Of a stretch of DNA of 29,333 nucleotides, positions 24,201 to 29,333 are shown in pieces. Position numbers and translations under genes: made by a program. Under the pieces are notes generated by a model that saw only the letters and a program-made list of their open reading frames with translations, ran no database searches and had not been told where the DNA came from. Position 1 is the first letter of the stretch; each line of letters starts with the position of its first letter. Location: the NCBI GenBank assembly GCA_051047955.1, contig JBPGPT010000050.1, forward strand, positions 62,001 through 91,333. The letters run 5' to 3'. The DNA comes from Cystobasidiomycetes sp. EMM_F5 (taxonomy: Eukaryota).

Positions 24201-27019
24201 CACAGTCGCCACCTCATATCAATAAAAAATCTGATGACGCTGTATCTACTGGACCAAGCCAGATAGAGACAAATCAGAAAAAAGCTGCAGTTCCAGTACA
24301 TTCCGGTAATGATCAACCTATGGTCGAAAATGAGACTGAATCTGCGACAGGTGTAAATGATTACATCGTCAATAATGGAACTGAACCCCTCAAGGATACT
24401 CCCCTAGTACAAGAATATCCGAGTGCGTTCAATAAACCGACAGGAAGTGCCGCTGTAGCCTCGTTCGACGATGCCGCTGAGCACCTTGGCTCAATTGGTA
24501 TTCAAAACCTGGTCGTCAAGGGCAACGCAGACGAGGTGAATACAGAACACGAAGTTCCGATAGCGCTCAATACGAACTTGATCCCGAGCGCATTCGCATC
24601 CGCTTTATATTTGAGCGAAAGCCGTGGCGAGCGCCACATTGCCCCACATGCTGAAGTCGAAGAGGTTCCGCCAGCAGGACCTTCGACAACAGTCTTGCCT
24701 AGCGATCAAGTCTCGGAACGCGAGCATACGCACGACCAGGTCTCTCTCGTAGCTCCTGTCAAGTCTAGCCACGCAACGACGACTGGGACACCAGCAGCAT
24801 CAAGTCAGTCTCGAGCAGGTTCAGCAATCGTGGATCAAGCAGACACGGAATCTGTCGAAACAAGGATCGCAGAGTCATCGAATGATGCTGTACAACCTGA
24901 TCAATCGCAGCACACGTCCGATGAATTGCAAGCGGCCGCTGGATCTGCAAGTTCCGACATTAACCTTGTCGAGCAGACGTTGGGGGAAACAAACGGCGGA
25001 AGAAGCTCAGAGGCAGCACAGATGCAACCTGTCGACAACGGTATCCTCGGTCGACGGGTGAAGACGGCAGAAGGTAGAGACCACACCCACTTGCTCATAA
25101 CGGCGGATGAGGAAGCGACACAGCATGCAGCTACATCCAGCGAGCATGTCAACCCCGTCAGGGGCCCTCTGCGTAACAACAGCGAGATTCAACAGGTCAC
25201 AGAAACGCCATACAAGTGGACTCAACTCAATCGCGTCAGTCCCGCTCTGAAGGCGCGGCTGACTTCATCTACAGATTCTTTGACACCAGTCGTTGCTCCA
25301 ACTTCTAAATCGCCGTCACAACCCGTATCTCCATCTACTGCTTCCCCGCCTGCATCGCCATCGAAAGCAGGCCGACTTTTGTCAGGAGCAAAGAAGATGC
25401 TTTCGAGAAAAAAATCCACTATTCCAGCAAGCGCGGTACCCGCAGTAGCTAGCACGGCCACAAGTGAGACAATTCCCGGATTGCCCGCGGGTGCTTCGGA
25501 CACCGTGACAGCCAACGTTGCCAGCATACCTACCGTGTACATGAAAGAGCCGACGATTACTCCATTTGACAGGCCCGCAGACAAATCGGCCGAGTCTCAT
25601 CATGCGGAGGAGCTCGTGCGCGTGGCGAATGTCAAGGAGACCGCACCTTCCACCGATTCTGCCCGTCAGATCAAGGCTGAATCAGATCTCCTGTTGGGCG
25701 GAACCTTACTTGCGGCTGAGGATACTTCACAAAGTGCCGACTCGGATCATACGGTCACTTCAGGCGTCTTCACGGAAGAGTTTGATCTGCCCGTGCCGAA
25801 GGATAGCGCTGGTATTGCAGAGCCTGGAAGACGTTCGCTGGAGGCGGAGCAAGGCAACCGAGCAATCGAGCTTGAGCAACTGGCTCGTGAGCAGACAACC
25901 GGTGATAATGAAGAACGAGAAGCGCTATTCTCCGAGTCAGACCAGTCTGGAGAAGGCAGCAGCCTCCCAAATTCGACGAACATTGACCACGTCAACACTG
26001 ATTCCTCGCGACAGGGAGACATGCTCTTCTCCGCAAACATTCTGGCACCCCCGCCACAGACGCAAACGTTGGATAGAAAGGATCATAAGATCCTACCGGA
26101 GCAACTTAACGACAGTAAGCCTTTTCTCTACAGAGTAATGGTAGTAGACCAATGACATTGGATGACTACAGGTCCAAATGGTGCAGAGCGCACGGCCCCC
26201 TTGGGAAGCTCTGACCGGGCGGAAGCCGCAGATGAAGTCAATAAGCTAGCCACTGGGAGCAACCTAGACGAATCCACTACAGTGGCCAATACTCCATCAT
26301 GGTTCGAAACTCCGGATCTTGCTGCAGCGGGAATGTCGGGCGGTTTCCGCTTTGGAGCCGATGCGTACATGCCTGCGAAAGTTGCACTGCCGAAAAATGA
26401 AGAGGCTCTCACCGTGAAGAACGAGGCTGACAAAATTCTTCTCGTTGACGAGACTGCCGCAATCCCTGCTGTTCCTACCGCCGGAGTCACCTTTCATTCA
26501 GGCAGCGATAGGCATGAGGTGAATGGCTTGCTCTCTCAAGAAGCCCATGCTGTAGACCAAATCGACAACGAGCCTCCATCTTCGTACGTCACGCAGGGCT
26601 CTGCACTTCCTCCCGCATCCGTCAATGCCTTGCATCTCGACGAGCGATCGGATCTGGACACCGCTAGCGACAACGGATCTGAAAACCTCGAAAGCGTGAA
26701 CCAGGCGGAGAATTCTATACCTGAAGCAAATATTGCAGTACAGACACCATGGGAATTCGAGACGCCCGATCTAGCAGCTGCTGGCATGTCTGGTGTATTT
26801 TTTCCTGAATTTGACTCCCCATCAAAGGCTCGGGATGCAGCACCTAGCTCGCCTGCTCGCGCATCTGCAGCAGTAATTGCAAAATTGGCGAGCGCAGCGA
26901 CGAGCTTGACTGGGAGCACTGTTACCGGCGTGCAGACGCTCATTGGGCATGTGGGAGAGCCGCGTGCTGGAGAAGCTGATCTGGAAGCCGCAGAAGCGGA
27001 AGACAAGTCGCGTCCGTAG
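21275..27019 (+). CDS. Large protein (~1824 aa) with Msb1/Mug8-like (RhoGAP-like) N-terminal domain and very long acidic/Ser-Pro disordered C-terminus
   Basis: Exons 21275-21737, 21789-22021, 22080-22311, 22362-22992, 23047-26114, 26172-27019 (5475 nt, open). N-terminal LIIAC..L.EQGLSTLGLFRPWR, PHNVAACMKWGLRHL and YHLFLAYLR resemble Msb1/Mug8-type domains from memory; the family call is unverified. Confidence 0.75.
26291..26794 (+). repeat. Internally duplicated coding motif TPxxFETPDLAAAGMSG (copies 26291-26341 and 26744-26794)
   Basis: TPSWFETPDLAAAGMSG and TPWEFETPDLAAAGMSG in the last exon of the large gene. Confidence 0.9.
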
Positions 27020-27184
27020 ATTTCCTGAGATGATCCTTGTTATGCAATGATAGTATGAGAGCTTGCGTATGTCGGGATTGAAAGTATTTGGTTATAGCGT
27101 TATTTTACAACCGTCTAATTCCTGGGATTACAAGCAATACACTGTTGCAACTACAACACCCTCTTGTCTACGTTGCTCATGTAC

Positions 27185-29010
27185 TCAACAGTACTCCTGC
27201 TTACTCCACTCATCCGACATCTCCTCATCTTGCTGCTCGTCCATATCATCGTCATCATCACTGCCGTCCTCGACTGCTAGACCGTCCTGCTCATCCTCAT
27301 CATCCTGCAGACTCTTTTCTAGTAGATCCCTCTTTTGATCTCTGATCTTTCTCTGCAGCTTCAAAAATGTGCCTAGGGGCGTAGGAGGAGTATACTTTTC
27401 ATCCGTTTTGCTCGTCTCCCTGAGATCCGCCAAGAAGGAATCTACCTGGGTTCTGTCAGCCGGGGAAAATTCGACGCTTGCTCGTTTGGTTTGTATAAAA
27501 CTTGAATTTGCATCGATACGTTCACACAGCTGCCTGAGTGCGCTCGCGAGCTTTTGATTCTTCGATGATGATTTTCGTAAATGCTTCTTGAGGGCAACCG
27601 AAATTGGGATTGATAATTCTGGAAAAGCGATGGATGTTGAAGAAATGGTGAGGAATTCGAGTAGGAGATGTGAGACTTCTTCAATCAGGCCATCCGCATA
27701 AATCCGCGTGTGGGGATACGCAGACGGAGCTCGGACATAGTATGCCCAATCGAGGGGTTTGAGAGAGGAGTTAGCGGATCCTTTACGTCGCCCATTCTTG
27801 TTGGATGAGATCTCCGAACTGTCTAATACCTCCAACATGAAAGGGGCGAGCGGGATGTAGATACCAGTACGCTGCATGACACGTAATAGGGAATTGATGA
27901 GCTGGAAGCGGAGTGGGAAGTAGCGGGATGAAGGGACAAGGCGGATGAGGCCCAGTGTCACTTGAACGAGCGGGTAGATGAGCGGTCGTAGTTCGGCTTC
28001 TGTATCGACAGAGGCAACGCGCGATGCGGCGGCTTCTGCCGACTCATCATCTCCGACGATATGAGAGGATGGATCACAGGCTGCTGAAAGGACGAGTGAC
28101 CAAAAATCGACACTGTGTACTGTAGTCCAGTTGTATACAGCTTGATGCCGGAGCGCAGTTGCGTCTTTATTTCCCTTGTTGGCTGCAGATGCAGCCGTTC
28201 GTGGAGCGACCTTCATTGCGTTTCTGAGGAGGACTGCCAGTTGACGGATATAGCCAAACGCAATCTGGTACGCTCTGTTTGGTTGAATGAGGTAGAGAGT
28301 CGCAGCCGAGTTTTTCATGAGGTTGAGCGTCGGTAGAGAGTATGCTGTCGTTCGCCTAGCAGCCGTCTGGATGGCACTGTATGTGCCTTTCAAGACGAGC
28401 TCATACGTGGCGGCATCGCCGCTGATGACCATCCTCCTCAGAGCGAGGAATGAAGCAAGGCGGATGGAATCGGAGGAGGAACTTGCCGGTGCTCCCCAAA
28501 AGTTGAGGAGGAGACGGAGATACGACCTGCTTGCTTTGCGGTTCGAGATGAGGTACGGTACGAGTCGAGAGGATTCGACAATGCTCAGATGGACTAGTTC
28601 AGATGAGGACGAGGAGGATGAGCTGGACAGGGAAGAAAGGAGAGCTTGTAGAGAAACGAAGTATGATTTTACGATCCGCTGAGCTGTACTAAATTTTTTC
28701 GCCTGTGTGGGAACTTTGCTGCGGTTATTGATGATGATTGACCAATCAGTCTTGAAGAGCGCGATGAGAGTGCAGAGACTTACATTCTCCCATTTGCCCC
28801 ATTCTTGATGGGAACATGGTGCTGTAGTACGAGCGGAGTGTACCTCAGCGCAGCGACCACGAGCTTGTTGAACACGACGGCATTGGGAATTTCGTAAATG
28901 TCACCCTGAACGGCTGCGTTGTCTCTTGCTTGAGCGTCGTCATCGCTGCCCTGCTTTGACGCGGTCCTGAAGGCGAGCAGCAATTTTCGGAGTGCTTTGA
29001 GTGAGCGGTT
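27185..29010 (-). CDS. NOC2: Nucleolar complex protein 2; 5' exons lie beyond the right edge
   Basis: Exons 29010-28784 and 28718-27185. Motifs NRSLKALRKLLLAFRTA, INLMKNSA-like LNLMKNSAATLY, YQIAFGYIRQLAVLLRNA, VYNWTTVHSVDFWS, LRPLIYPLVQVTLGLIRL, RYFPLRF, SIAFPEL, and an acidic tail. A small terminal intron near 27204 is possible. Confidence 0.93.
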
Positions 29011-29036
29011 CTGGAGTAGATGGATTGGAAGACAGG

Positions 29037-29333
29037 TCAGTGCAGGGTGAACGAAGCACATCAAACAATGCTCATCAGCGTCGAATCTATACAAGATGCG
29101 ACATGATCTACTCACCTGGAGTCGATATTCAAGTCAGATTGAGTACAAATCAGTGCAGGGTGAAGGAAGCACATCAAACAATGCTCATCAGCGTCGAATC
29201 TATACAAGATGCGACATGATCTACTCACCTGGAGTCGATATTCAAGTCAGATTGAGTACAAATCAGTGCAGGGTGAACGAAGCACATCAAACAATGCTCA
29301 TCAGCGTCGAATCTATACAAGATGCGACATGAT
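29037..29333. repeat. 113-bp tandem repeat (>=2.6 copies) inside the NOC2 intronic region
   Basis: Units start at 29037, 29150 and 29263 (tcagtgcagggtgaa...). They are identical except G at 29165 versus C at 29052 and 29278. The array runs to the window end. Confidence 0.97.

Noticed and set aside
43..28682. Numerous antisense and alternative-frame ORFs of 60-210 aa in the ORF track
   Set aside because: They overlap well-supported spliced genes, lack motifs, and are expected shadow ORFs at this GC content.
29011..29115. N-terminal part of ORF 28780-29115 (MSRSCRILY...) as the NOC2 start
   Set aside because: It begins at the GTG of a GTGAGT donor and ends at a branch point plus CAG; it is intron A, and Noc2 normally has a longer acidic N-terminus.
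29001..29332. + strand ORFs 29001-29219 and 29096-29332
   Set aside because: By-products of the 113-bp repeat, antisense to NOC2; the period is not a multiple of three.
29037..29333. Repeat array as a CRISPR locus
   Set aside because: Units are identical along their whole length with no unique spacers, and the context is a eukaryotic intron.

Overview
Compact, intron-rich eukaryotic DNA, most consistent with a basidiomycete fungus (GT-AG introns mostly 50-65 nt, CTRAY branch points, intergenic gaps of about 130-560 bp). Manual splicing gives 11 protein-coding genes: a Tps2-type trehalose-phosphate synthase/phosphatase (3' end outside window), a Ser/Gly-rich orphan, a secreted/membrane Kelch protein, NCS6/CTU1, a metallo-beta-lactamase-fold protein, an OTU deubiquitinase, PEX6, a TPR-like hypothetical protein, a single-pass membrane protein, a ~1820-aa protein with an Msb1/Mug8-like N-terminus, and NOC2 (5' end outside window). 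The most unusual signal is at the right edge. Inside NOC2, a 113-bp tandem repeat reads on the sense strand as complete introns stacked back to back (CAG|GTGAGT, zero-length exons), each with short terminal inverted repeats. All exon models and family calls were read by eye without database searches.
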